This document shows, piece after piece, positions 26,253-34,630 of a stretch of 35,279 nucleotides of DNA; positions within the stretch are counted from its first letter, which is position 1, and each line of letters starts with the position of its first letter. Below the pieces are notes generated by a model, which searched no databases, had not been told where the DNA came from, and saw only the letters and a list, made by a program, of their open reading frames with translations. The position numbers and the translations under genes are program-made. The DNA is from Deltaproteobacteria bacterium (GTDB lineage Bacteria; Desulfobacterota; Desulfobacteria; Desulfobacterales; UBA11574). The DNA lies in assembly GCA_019313505.1 (NCBI GenBank), contig JAFDBA010000006.1, positions 1 to 35,279 on the forward strand. Reading direction: 5' to 3'.

Positions 26253-26320
26253 TAACCGGTTAGCCCGTTGTCCGGTATTAAATTACGGGCTAACGGGCAT
26301 AACGGGCCAACGGGCACAAC
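26253..26320. repeat. AACGGGC short tandem array with an adjacent hairpin/palindrome
   Basis: ACGGGC occurs at 26285, 26293, 26302 and 26310 (8-9 bp period). An inverted copy forms a perfect 9-bp inverted repeat, TTAGCCCGT (26260-26268) with ACGGGCTAA (26285-26293). A 10-bp palindrome TAACCGGTTA lies at 26253-26262. Confidence 0.55.
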
Positions 26321-26485
26321 CTTTTTTAACTTTAGCTCACTTGTAACTTTTCCGGTTTATCCGGTTTAAATATTGTTAAAAAAATTTCCCGGTGAAATTA
26401 TTTCTGGCTAATTAATGATTATTTTTGTAATATATACATTTTTGAAGAAAGATTGTAAAATAATTTAACGTAAACATTGCCGCTT

Positions 26486-28390
26486 ATGGTTTTCTACCGG
26501 AAAAAATACGATATTATTGTTGTGGGTGCAGGTCATGCCGGATGTGAGGCTGCACTTGCAGCAGCGAGAATGGGATGCAGCGTACTTCTTATGGCCATAG
26601 ATCTGGACAAGGTGGCTGCAATGCCTTGCAGCCCGTCTATCGGGGGAATGGCAAAGGGTCAGCTTGTCAAAGAGGTAGATGCCCTGGGCGGTGAAATGGC
26701 AAAAATCACGGATAAAACAGCCATTCAATATAGAACGTTGAACACAAAAAAGGGTCCTGCAGTCCAATCTTCGCGCACGCAAAACGATAAATTTCGTTAT
26801 CATATGGCAATGAAGGCTGTCATTGAAAGACAGCCCAACCTGGACCTCAAACAGGCCATGGTTGAGCAACTTGTTGTCGAGAATAACAGGATCGCCGGTG
26901 TGGAAGATCAAACAGGTTTTGGATATCGGGCCGATGCCGTTGTGCTGGCCACAGGAACATTTTTAAGCGGTCTGGTCCACATAGGGTTCAATTCATTCCA
27001 AGCCGGCAGGGCCGGCGAGTTTGCATCATATGGTCTTCCTGCTCACCTGAACAAGCTGGGATTTGAGCTTGGAAGAATGAAGACAGGTACACCCCCCAGA
27101 CTGAAAAAATCAAGTATCGATTTTAGCAAATTCACAGAGCATGGGTCGAAAGAGGAGCCAAAACCGTTTTCGTTCTTTACCAAAAAGATTAACAATCCCC
27201 AGATCCAAAGCTATATCGGACATACCAACCGGGAAAGCCATAAGATCGTGAAAAAAAACCTTAAACGCTCAGCCCTGTATGGCGGCATGATAAAAGGAGT
27301 TTCGGCCCGCTACTGCCCCTCGTTTGAAGATAAGATCGTCAGGTTTCCTGATAGGGAAAGACACCAGGTAATCCTTGAGCCCGAAGGACTTGATACCGAT
27401 GAGATCTATGCCAGCGGCCTGGGGAACAGCCTTCCCATGGAAATTCAGATTCAGTTTGTCAGATCCGTCGAAGGATTAGAAGTGGCTGAGATCATGCGGC
27501 CTGCGTACGCCATAGAATACGACTATGTCAATCCTGTCCAGCTCAAGCCCACCCTTGAAACAAAGCCGGTTTCGGGACTTTACATGGCCGGTCAGATAAA
27601 CGGCACATCAGGTTATGAAGAAGCAGCTGCCCAGGGCATATGGTCAGGAATCAATGCCGCCTGCAAGATCCAGGGAAGGCCGCCGTTCATTCTCGACAGA
27701 TCCCAGGCTTACATAGCTGTTATGATAGATGATCTTGTTACAAGGGGCACACGCGAACCTTATCGCATGTTTACGTCACGAGCGGAATACAGGCTAATGC
27801 TTCGGGAGGATAATGCGTATCTGAGGTTGATGGAAACCGGTCATGAATTTGGCCTAATCGATCATGATACGCTAAAAGATGTAAATGAACGAAAAAAACA
27901 GATTGCCAGAGAGATAACAAGAATAAAAGGAACCGTGGTAAAGCCAGCCAAAAAGATAAATGATTATTTGGTCAATCAAGGGACAAGACCTTTAAAAAAC
28001 GGCATATATCTGGATCAGCTTCTAAAAAGAGCAGAACTTGATTACCATGACGTTCAAGAGCTGGCCAAAAGCCCTTACAACATCAGTGAATCTGTTGCCA
28101 GGCAGGTGGAAATAGAAATCAAATACGAAGGTTATATCAAGCGACAGCTCAAGGAAATCGAAAAGTTCAAGAACCTGGAACGGATGAAAATTCCAGAAGA
28201 TTTTGATTTTACAAAGGTTCACGGACTTTCAAATGAGCTCAAAGAAAAACTTTCCGCCATAATGCCTTCTTCCCTTGGCCAGGCTTCCCGCGTGGACGGA
28301 ATCACACCTGCTGCGCTTTCTGTGATTATGATTTCCCTCAAAGCTGCCGGGAAATATGCACCGGAAACCGGAAAGCAAAAAATTGAATGA
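26486..28390 (+). CDS. mnmG: tRNA uridine 5-carboxymethylaminomethyl modification enzyme MnmG (GidA)
   Basis: It has the FAD motif [39 protein letters not shown], and the C-terminal LSNELKEKL...[19 protein letters not shown] 26486 is preferred over the track's TTG at 26477. Confidence 0.95.
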   Translation: MVFYRKKYDIIVVGAGHAGCEAALAAARMGCSVLLMAIDLDKVAAMPCSPSIGGMAKGQLVKEVDALGGEMAKITDKTAIQYRTLNTKKGPAVQSSRTQNDKFRYHMAMKAVIERQPNLDLKQAMVEQLVVENNRIAGVEDQTGFGYRADAVVLATGTFLSGLVHIGFNSFQAGRAGEFASYGLPAHLNKLGFELGRMKTGTPPRLKKSSIDFSKFTEHGSKEEPKPFSFFTKKINNPQIQSYIGHTNRESHKIVKKNLKRSALYGGMIKGVSARYCPSFEDKIVRFPDRERHQVILEPEGLDTDEIYASGLGNSLPMEIQIQFVRSVEGLEVAEIMRPAYAIEYDYVNPVQLKPTLETKPVSGLYMAGQINGTSGYEEAAAQGIWSGINAACKIQGRPPFILDRSQAYIAVMIDDLVTRGTREPYRMFTSRAEYRLMLREDNAYLRLMETGHEFGLIDHDTLKDVNERKKQIAREITRIKGTVVKPAKKINDYLVNQGTRPLKNGIYLDQLLKRAELDYHDVQELAKSPYNISESVARQVEIEIKYEGYIKRQLKEIEKFKNLERMKIPEDFDFTKVHGLSNELKEKLSAIMPSSLGQASRVDGITPAALSVIMISLKAAGKYAPETGKQKIE

Positions 28391-28393
28391 TCC

Positions 28394-28422
28394 TTGACAC
28401 ACAGGGACTTTCCACTTATTTT
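28394..28422 (+). promoter_or_regulatory. candidate promoter for the J-protein gene
   Basis: TTGACA (28394-28399), a 17-nt spacer, then TATTTT (28417-28422). Confidence 0.35.
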
Positions 28423-28476
28423 GAACCTAAGTTGAAGTTTCATAAAAGTTTAATATAAAATTGAGGTGATTTGGAG

Positions 28477-29391
28477 ATGTCCGAAACAGATTATTATAAA
28501 ATACTTGGCTTAAATAAAAACGCTTCAGAAGAAAATATTAAGAAGTCTTATCGGAAGCTCGCAATGAAGTATCATCCCGACCATTCAAAAGGAAATAAAA
28601 GCGCTGAAGAACAATTTAAAAAAATAAGTGAAGCTTATGCTGTTCTGAGCGACAAGGAGAAACGCAAACAGTATGATACGTTCGGCGCCACAGGATTTCA
28701 GCAGCGTTTTTCACAGGAAGACATCTTTAAGGGCTTCGAATTTGATAATATATTCAGCGAGTTGTTTGGAAAAACCCGGAATTTTTCCGGCCGTGGTAAC
28801 GGCATGCGGTTTTCCTTCGGAGGTGGAACCCCGTTTGACAGTTATAAGAAGCAACAGCAAGCCCGGCCAAAAGGAACAGACCTGGTGTATGAGCTGCCGC
28901 TAACATTAGAGGAAGTTGCAACAGGAACAAGTAAAACAGTATCATACCAACATCAGGGGCGTAGTGAAAAGATTACGGTAAAGATTCCCAAAGGAATGAT
29001 ATCCGGGAAGAAACTTCGTGTTGCAGACAAGGGTGATCCGGGCCCATATGGCGGTCCTCCCGGAGATCTGTATATCCAGTCCAAGGTGCTTGGTGATAAG
29101 GTTTATGATTCTAAAGGGTATAATCTTTATATGCATAAAGAGATAAAACTGAGCGAGGCTCTCCTCGGATCGAGCATTTCTATACCCACACTCAGCAAAA
29201 AAGAGTTAAGCTTAAAAATACCTCCTGGAACAAAACACAAAACCAAGATGCGTCTTGCAGGACACGGACTTCCACATATGCATAGTAAAGGCAAGGGTGA
29301 TCTTTATGTTTATATTAATATAACCATGCCGGTAAAGCTTACGAAAAAGCAAAAAATGCTGATTGAACAGCTGGCAGAGACCGGCCTGTAA
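28477..29391 (+). CDS. DnaJ-class co-chaperone lacking the zinc-finger domain (CbpA-like)
   Basis: It has a J domain, DYYKILGLNKNASEENIKKSYRKLAMKYHPDH...AYAVLSDKEKRKQYD, then a Gly/Phe region that goes directly into the DnaJ C-terminal beta domains. There are no CxxCxGxG repeats. ATG 28477 lies 7 nt after GAGGTGA. Confidence 0.85.
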   Translation: MSETDYYKILGLNKNASEENIKKSYRKLAMKYHPDHSKGNKSAEEQFKKISEAYAVLSDKEKRKQYDTFGATGFQQRFSQEDIFKGFEFDNIFSELFGKTRNFSGRGNGMRFSFGGGTPFDSYKKQQQARPKGTDLVYELPLTLEEVATGTSKTVSYQHQGRSEKITVKIPKGMISGKKLRVADKGDPGPYGGPPGDLYIQSKVLGDKVYDSKGYNLYMHKEIKLSEALLGSSISIPTLSKKELSLKIPPGTKHKTKMRLAGHGLPHMHSKGKGDLYVYINITMPVKLTKKQKMLIEQLAETGL

Positions 29392-29400
29392 GGAAGTAAA

Positions 29401-29549
29401 CTTGACGGTTTCGTAAAAAGTCCAACTTCTGCGTTGTGCTGCATTTCGTAATCATTCAACGCAGGGCAAGTACGCTCCCCACGGGACCGGCGGATAGCCG
29501 ATGATACAAAATTTGCACGCCTTGAATTTGAACTTTTTACGAAACCGTC
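29401..29549. repeat. 149-bp MITE-like element with 17-bp perfect terminal inverted repeats, copy A
   Basis: The termini are GACGGTTTCGTAAAAAG...CTTTTTACGAAACCGTC. It is about 95% identical over its whole length to 34482-34630 (about 8 substitutions by eye). It lies between the J-protein gene and hpt. An extra solo end, aactttttacgagtttatc, follows at 29557-29575. Confidence 0.85.
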
Positions 29550-29596
29550 TAAATAGAACTTTTTACGAGTTTATCAAATATTTATAGTTTCTAATT

Positions 29597-30115
29597 ATGC
29601 CTGAGCTTATTCCTGTCTTGAATAAAAATGATATCGACAATATGGTAACCCGGGTTGCGAGTAAGATTTCATCTGACTATCAGGATCATGAACTTATTCT
29701 CATCGGGGTCTTAAAAGGTGCGTTTGTCTTTTTATCTGACCTTGTGCGGCATCTTAGTATTCCGGTTAAACTTGATTTCATACGTGTCTGCAGTCACGGC
29801 TCCGGCGTTTCATCATCGGGGAACATCCGTTTGACAAAAGAAATTGAGATGGATGTTAATAATAAAGATGTACTGCTTGTAGAAGACATCGTCGATACAG
29901 GCTTGACTTTATCTTATATTATTGATTATTTAAAAGCTTTTAATCCAAGAACTGTTAAAGTTTGCGCCCTGATTGACAAACACGAACGCCGTAATGCAAA
30001 TATTAAAGTCGATTATGCCTGCCATAAAGCGGCCGAAGGGTTCCTTGTGGGTTATGGCCTCGATTATAATGAAAACTATAGAAATTTACCGTGCATTTAT
30101 CACCTTAAATTATAA
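29597..30115 (+). CDS. hpt: hypoxanthine phosphoribosyltransferase
   Basis: It has the PRPP-binding motif VLLVEDIVDTGLTL, plus LKGAFVFLSDL and GYGLDYNENYRNLP. Confidence 0.9.
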   Translation: MPELIPVLNKNDIDNMVTRVASKISSDYQDHELILIGVLKGAFVFLSDLVRHLSIPVKLDFIRVCSHGSGVSSSGNIRLTKEIEMDVNNKDVLLVEDIVDTGLTLSYIIDYLKAFNPRTVKVCALIDKHERRNANIKVDYACHKAAEGFLVGYGLDYNENYRNLPCIYHLKL

Positions 30116-30130
30116 ACGTTGGGGTATACC

Positions 30131-31660
30131 ATGATTATTACCTGTAAGGCATGTAACGCCAGTTTCAACTTAAATGAAAGTCTTCTAAAACCTGAGGGCT
30201 CCAAAGTTCGATGCTCAAAATGCAAAGAAGTTTTTATCGCCTATCCACCTGTGCCCCCAAAAGAAGCTGAAAAACCGGATGAAATTATATCGGATTTTGA
30301 ATTCGAACAAGAGACTGAAGATTTTGAAACCGGCCAATTGGATGACTCAGGGTCCGATGAACTTGATTTGTCGGACATGGATAAGTTGTTTTCAGAGGAA
30401 GAAATCCCGGAAAAAGAAGACGCGATTGATGATTTAGAAATGGATCTGGAGCCCGAGCCTGAAAAGACACCTGAGGATGTGGGGGCAGAAGTCAAGCTCG
30501 GAGAACCGGATGAACTCGATCTGCCAGATATGGAAGAGCTGCTGGATGTAACGGAAATCCCGGGGGAAAAAGGCGATACTGACGAGGCCATTGAAGATTT
30601 CGATCTGGACCTGGATCTGGAGCCCGAGCCTGAAAAACCATCTGAGAATGTCGAGGCAGAAGCCAAGCTCGAGGAACCGGATGAACTCGATTTGTCAGAC
30701 ATAGAGGAGTTGCTCGAGTTAGAAGATCCGATAACTGATGAAAAAGATGAGTCAGAGCCGGAAGAAGTTGAGCTTGAATTGGATACGGAGATGGAACCCG
30801 AGATTGCAAAAACTCCTGAAGATATTGAGGCGAGTGTTGAATCTGAAGAGTTGGAAAAGGTTGATTTGTCAGATATAGAGAAAATGTTTGAAACAGAAGA
30901 AAAGGAGGAGGAAGAGCTCTTTGATTCACCTTTGCCGGAAGAAACATCAGGGGCTGAACTTGATGAGGTTGAAGAGACGGCAGGCAAACTCGAAACCGTC
31001 GAATCTTCTGAAACAGAAGAGATAGAGCAAGAATTTACAATTGAAGATACCGATCAGGATGATCTATCAGAAGAAGAGATTGCCGATGTACAGCAGGTGG
31101 TGGCGAAAACAAAGCCTGCCATGAAAAAACGGATTAGCAAACCGTTAATTGCCTTTCTAATCTTAGTGCTTTTAGGAGGCGGTTGTTACGGCATTTACGT
31201 TTTATTTGACTTTATGAATATTAAAATACCGTTTGTCAGCGATTATCTTAACCCCCAAATTTCTGACCCTGCCGGCAACCTCAAGATAAACACTTTAGAT
31301 ATTGATAGCGCATTTGTGAAAAATAAAAAAGCAGGAAAGCTTTTTGTGATAACAGGTAAAATAAAAAATGGGTATTCAGATGTCCACAGTTATATTAGGG
31401 TAACCGGGAAACTGTATACGAAAGGGAAAGTTCTTGTTCAGAAAGATATAGTTTTCTGCGGTAATGTTCTGTCAGATATTGAACTTTCTAACCTGAAGCT
31501 TTCAGCTATTAAAAAGCGATTATTAAATCGCCTTGGTGATAATAAATCAAATATGAGAGTTAAACCAGGCCAAGAGTTGCCGTTTATGGTTGTATTCGCC
31601 AATTTGCCGAAAAATCTGGAAGAATTTGCTATTGAGGTGGAGGGATCCGTTTCCGAATAA
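30131..31660 (+). CDS. MJ0042-type zinc-ribbon protein with acidic tandem repeats, one TM helix and a DUF3426-like C-terminal domain
   Basis: The N-terminus is MIITCKACNASFNLNESLLKPEGSKVRCSKCKEVF (a zinc ribbon). An extremely Asp/Glu-rich repeat region follows, then a TM helix PLIAFLILVLLGGGCYGIYVLF, and a roughly 150-aa beta-rich C-terminal domain (the family assignment is from memory). ATG 30131 is preferred over the track's TTG at 30119. Confidence 0.75.
   Translation: MIITCKACNASFNLNESLLKPEGSKVRCSKCKEVFIAYPPVPPKEAEKPDEIISDFEFEQETEDFETGQLDDSGSDELDLSDMDKLFSEEEIPEKEDAIDDLEMDLEPEPEKTPEDVGAEVKLGEPDELDLPDMEELLDVTEIPGEKGDTDEAIEDFDLDLDLEPEPEKPSENVEAEAKLEEPDELDLSDIEELLELEDPITDEKDESEPEEVELELDTEMEPEIAKTPEDIEASVESEELEKVDLSDIEKMFETEEKEEEELFDSPLPEETSGAELDEVEETAGKLETVESSETEEIEQEFTIEDTDQDDLSEEEIADVQQVVAKTKPAMKKRISKPLIAFLILVLLGGGCYGIYVLFDFMNIKIPFVSDYLNPQISDPAGNLKINTLDIDSAFVKNKKAGKLFVITGKIKNGYSDVHSYIRVTGKLYTKGKVLVQKDIVFCGNVLSDIELSNLKLSAIKKRLLNRLGDNKSNMRVKPGQELPFMVVFANLPKNLEEFAIEVEGSVSE
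30441..30900 (+). repeat. in-frame tandem repeat (~171 bp / 57 aa unit, about 2.7 copies) inside the zinc-ribbon protein gene
   Basis: tggatctggagcccgagcctgaaaa... at 30441 recurs at 30612 with high DNA identity. A diverged third unit starts at about 30779. The peptide units are DLEPEPEKxPExVxAExKLxEPDELDLxDxEELL. Confidence 0.7.
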
Positions 31661-31704
31661 TCGATGTCTTAAATTTGCATTAAATTGCGAAGCGGTTTTA
31701 TAAC

Positions 31705-31733
31705 TTGACTAAATAAAAGCAAGGTGTTAAAAA
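31705..31733 (+). promoter_or_regulatory. candidate promoter for the tRNA gene
   Basis: TTGACT (31705-31710), a 17-nt spacer, then TAAAAA (31728-31733). It lies about 30 nt upstream of the mature tRNA 5' end. Confidence 0.3.
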
Positions 31734-31764
31734 ATCCGATCCAAAAAATTTTGAGCTTTATCAG

Positions 31765-31841
31765 GGCGATGTAGCTCAGACGGTTAGAGCATGCGGCTCA
31801 TATCCGCAGTGTCCGGGGTTCGATTCCCTGCATCGCCACCA
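31765..31841 (+). tRNA. tRNA with anticodon CAT (elongator tRNA-Met type; tRNA-Ile2/lysidine not excluded), CCA encoded
   Basis: A manual cloverleaf fold gives: acceptor GGCGATG/CATCGCC, D stem GCTC/GAGC, anticodon stem TGCGG/CCGCA with loop CTCATAT, T arm CGGGG-TTCGATT-CCCTG, discriminator A, and a 3' CCA. The paired G1-C72 argues against an initiator tRNA. Confidence 0.9.
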
Positions 31842-31856
31842 GCTTTTATTGAAATT

Positions 31857-31895
31857 AGGTCTCTGATATTATCATAGGGGCCTTTTTTCTTTTTT
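31857..31895 (+). terminator. candidate terminator after the tRNA
   Basis: The stem AGGTCTCT (31857-31864) pairs with AGGGGCCT (31876-31883), with two G-U pairs, and is followed by TTTTTCTTTTTT. Confidence 0.45.
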
Positions 31896-31899
31896 ACTG

Positions 31900-31925
31900 T
31901 TTTATGGCTTGATTTTATGGCTTGA
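31900..31925. repeat. perfect 13-bp tandem duplication
   Basis: ttttatggcttga (31900-31912) is repeated exactly at 31913-31925. Confidence 0.8.
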
Positions 31926-32182
31926 AAAGATAGTAATAGTTGTATTATATTGTTCTTAAAGTAACGCACCTTTTTGTTGAAAAAAGAGTTCGGCTATGCT
32001 TTGCGGTTTTGAAAAAATTGTTGAAGAACGGTTTGGAAATTCTAAAACTTGCTGAAATTAAAATGTCGACTTGATCCCTTTACTAAAATGTCGAATTCAT
32101 GTATCGTATTGTTAAATTTAAGCATAAAAATTCCTTTATTTTTCCGACTTATGGCTGAAAATAAATTCCGAGACGTATAATT

Positions 32183-32668
32183 ATGGCGTTAATGAAAAAA
32201 GAAAAAGATGAAGGACATCTTAAAAGTGTCTTGATGGCCTATTTTATTCTTGTCCTCCATGTTATTTTGATTGCTGGATTGGTCCTCCTTGTCATTTTTT
32301 TCCGTGGTATTATAAATTACATGATATGGATTTTTATTGGCGGTACTGCTGCTATCCTTGCTTCAGCTTATCATTTTTATAAGCGCATGAAAATGGAAGG
32401 TAAGACTCTTCGGGAGATGCTTAACTCTCAGCGGTTTGCCGGCAGAACAGTTGAAGTCAATTTATTAGGGGGACTTGCATCTTTAAAAATCAGCGGGTCA
32501 AAGGACCCTGCCGCTTTGGATACCACTGCATCCGGACAATTTAAGCAACTAGAAGACCCGGATGTGATTCACAACAGGGATTTTTTTGAACTTGTCCGCC
32601 TGCTTGAAAACGACCTTATTACCCTTGACGAATATAACAAATTTAAAGAACAGATTCTCAAGTCATAA
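32183..32668 (+). CDS. membrane protein with a C-terminal SHOCT-like domain
   Basis: It has two predicted TM helices (VLMAYFILVLHVILIAGLVLLVIFF and IWIFIGGTAAILASAYHFY). The C-terminal ELVRLLENDLITLDEYNKFKEQIL resembles the short SHOCT motif. Confidence 0.55.
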   Translation: MALMKKEKDEGHLKSVLMAYFILVLHVILIAGLVLLVIFFRGIINYMIWIFIGGTAAILASAYHFYKRMKMEGKTLREMLNSQRFAGRTVEVNLLGGLASLKISGSKDPAALDTTASGQFKQLEDPDVIHNRDFFELVRLLENDLITLDEYNKFKEQILKS

Positions 32669-32726
32669 AAATATCGTTTACTAAAATCTACGCACATCAA
32701 CATTTAACAAACTGAAAGGAAAGCCG

Positions 32727-33659
32727 ATGAAAAAACTGACCCTTGCTCTTCTTTCCGGTGGTATATCTTCCGAACGGGAAGTCTCTATTTCCAGCGGCAA
32801 CCAGGTTTATGAGGCTCTTGATAGTGAAAAGTACGATATCATCCGCTACGATCCAAAAACAGACCTTCCGCGACTGGTGGCGGATGCACCTAAAATTGAT
32901 GTTGCACTAGTAATTCTTCACGGATCCTTTGGTGAGGACGGTACGATTCAGGGACTACTGGACCTTCTTGAAATTCCTTATCAGGGGTCGGGTGTGCTCG
33001 GAAGTGCCATAGGAATGAATAAGCTGGTTTCCAAGCAGCTTTACGAAAAATCCGGTCTCAGCGTTCCTCCTTACATTATTATCAAACGTGATGACGTCTT
33101 AAATCCGGAAAAATGTGCAGAGCGGCTTGGTCTTCCCCTGGTTGTAAAGCCGGTTGGCAGCGGCTCAAGTGTAGGGATTTCCATCGTCAAATCGATACAT
33201 TTATTAAATGAGGCAGTTGATGAAGCATTTGCTCATGATGCTACTGTTTTAATAGAGACATATATTGATGGTATTGAACTAACCGGCGGCGTTATTGGCA
33301 ATGACAAACCGGAAGCTCTACCCATTATAGAGATTGTCCCCGATAAATCCCACGATTTTTTTGACTACAAAGCAAAGTATACAGCAGGTGCCACACAGGA
33401 AATATGCCCGGCCCGTATTGATGATGTATTGACTAAAAAAGCACAAGCACTATCTAAAATAGCGCATAAAGCTCTTTTCTGTAAAGGATACAGCCGAACC
33501 GACATGATTCTCAAAGATCAAGATTTCTTTGTCCTTGAGACAAACACCATACCCGGCATGACTGCAACAAGCCTGTTGCCTATTGCTGCCAAAGCTGCGG
33601 GCATTTCTTTCAGCGGGCTTCTTGACAGGTTGATCGAATTAAGTATGCCGAGTTTCTGA
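32727..33659 (+). CDS. ddl: D-alanine--D-alanine ligase
   Basis: The motifs are LHGSFGEDGTIQGLLDLLEIPYQGSGVLGSAIGMNK, PLVVKPVGSGSSVGISIV, and LETNTIPGMT. Confidence 0.9.
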   Translation: MKKLTLALLSGGISSEREVSISSGNQVYEALDSEKYDIIRYDPKTDLPRLVADAPKIDVALVILHGSFGEDGTIQGLLDLLEIPYQGSGVLGSAIGMNKLVSKQLYEKSGLSVPPYIIIKRDDVLNPEKCAERLGLPLVVKPVGSGSSVGISIVKSIHLLNEAVDEAFAHDATVLIETYIDGIELTGGVIGNDKPEALPIIEIVPDKSHDFFDYKAKYTAGATQEICPARIDDVLTKKAQALSKIAHKALFCKGYSRTDMILKDQDFFVLETNTIPGMTATSLLPIAAKAAGISFSGLLDRLIELSMPSF

Positions 33660-33682
33660 AAAAATACTACAACGCAGTAGAT

Positions 33683-33706
33683 GGGACTTTTTACGACGCC
33701 ATCAAG
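33683..33706. repeat. solo end of the TTTTTACGA repeat family
   Basis: gggaCTTTTTACGAcgccATCaag resembles the right terminus of the 149-bp element (CTTTTTACGAAACCGTC). Another variant lies at 8004-8023 on the minus strand (tttttacgagaccaccatg). Confidence 0.45.
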
Positions 33707-33738
33707 TATTGAGGAGTACAAAAGAAACAGGTAATTCG

Positions 33739-34497
33739 ATGATCATCAAAAGCAGCAAGGAACTCAAGGCACGATATCATGACCTTGGCTCCGGGGATAT
33801 TTTTCTGGGCATGCTAACTTACAGGCACCTAAAACAGCATGTGCTGATCGATCTTCTTGAACGAGGCGTCTTCTGTTTCCCGTCCGCTCTTTCACAAACA
33901 TTAAACCGTTCCAAGGCCGCCCAGGTCCTCGTTTTAAAAAAATGGATGTTGCCCCATACATTCGTTATTACGCGACGAATGGATCTGATAGATATTATCA
34001 ATAAATATAACATGGCTGGAATAACTTCTGTAGTAACCAAGGAAGACCATCTGCACTGCGGTCATGGCATACGCAAGTGGGATACTATTGAAACCGTCTA
34101 CAGCTTCATGGCTCTTTCTGAATCATCATATCCTTTTGTTATTCAGCCCTTTTTGGAAAACTTTACTGATGTACGCGCGATCATTGCAGGAGATTACGTA
34201 GAAGCTTATGTCAGACACAATCCCAATAACTTCAGAATGAATATATCAATGGGCGGTGAAAATTACCCTTATGTCTTGGACAAGGATATAGAAAAATTTT
34301 GTAGTGGTGCCATGGAGCATGCCAAATTCCCCTATGCCCACATGGATCTCCAGCTTACTGATGATGGGAAATATTACCTTTCAGAAATTGCTTTAAACGG
34401 CGGATTAAAAGGCGCTAGTATCAGTCGCAAGGAACTTGATCAGAAAAAACAGAATGTTATAGAAAACCTCGCAGCCATATCCTTGACGGTTTCGTAA
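33739..34497 (+). CDS. divergent ATP-grasp fold protein (RimK-like architecture); its 3' end lies inside repeat copy B
   Basis: The layout is ATP-grasp-like: VVTKEDHLHCGHGIRKW (in the position of the Gly-rich loop), FVIQPFLENFTDVRAIIAGDYVEAYVR, NISMGGE, and HMDLQLTDDGKYYLSEIALNGGLKG (in the position of the Mg/ATP site ExN). The start could be ATG 33739 or the track's TTG at 33709. The stop TAA (34495-34497) lies within the repeat terminus. Confidence 0.65.
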   Translation: MIIKSSKELKARYHDLGSGDIFLGMLTYRHLKQHVLIDLLERGVFCFPSALSQTLNRSKAAQVLVLKKWMLPHTFVITRRMDLIDIINKYNMAGITSVVTKEDHLHCGHGIRKWDTIETVYSFMALSESSYPFVIQPFLENFTDVRAIIAGDYVEAYVRHNPNNFRMNISMGGENYPYVLDKDIEKFCSGAMEHAKFPYAHMDLQLTDDGKYYLSEIALNGGLKGASISRKELDQKKQNVIENLAAISLTVS

Positions 34498-34630
34498 AAA
34501 GCCCAACTTCTGCGTTGTGCTGCATTTCGTAATCATTCAACGTACGAAAAGTACGCTCCCTACGGGACCGGCGGATAGCCGATGATACAAAATTTGCACG
34601 CCTTGAATTTGAACTTTTTACGAAACCGTC
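34482..34630. repeat. 149-bp MITE-like element with 17-bp perfect terminal inverted repeats, copy B
   Basis: It has the same sequence as 29401-29549 apart from a few substitutions. It is flanked by the 8-bp direct repeat ATCCTTGA (34479-34486 and 34631-34638), which partly overlaps the left end. The minus-strand ORF 34457..34657 is an artefact of this element. Confidence 0.85.

Noticed and set aside
26285-26315. Possible CRISPR-like or other interspaced array
   Set aside because: The units are only 6-8 bp with 1-3-bp gaps. There are no spacers of plausible length and no cas genes. It is reported only as a micro-repeat array.
30241-30987. A 248-aa Ser-rich minus-strand ORF, plus 30285..30470 and 30492..30947
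   Set aside because: This is the mirror image of the GAA/GAT-rich acidic repeat region of the zinc-ribbon protein gene. Reverse-complemented Glu/Asp codons give Ser/Phe/Ile runs with no stops. It has no start context and no independent evidence.
31784-31969. A 61-aa minus-strand ORF
   Set aside because: It overlaps the tRNA gene and its terminator.
31842-32182. An integrated mobile element or genomic island at the tRNA 3' flank
   Set aside because: There is no integrase or phage gene. I could not find a direct repeat of the tRNA 3' end anywhere in the window. The downstream genes (SHOCT protein, ddl, purE) look like core genes.
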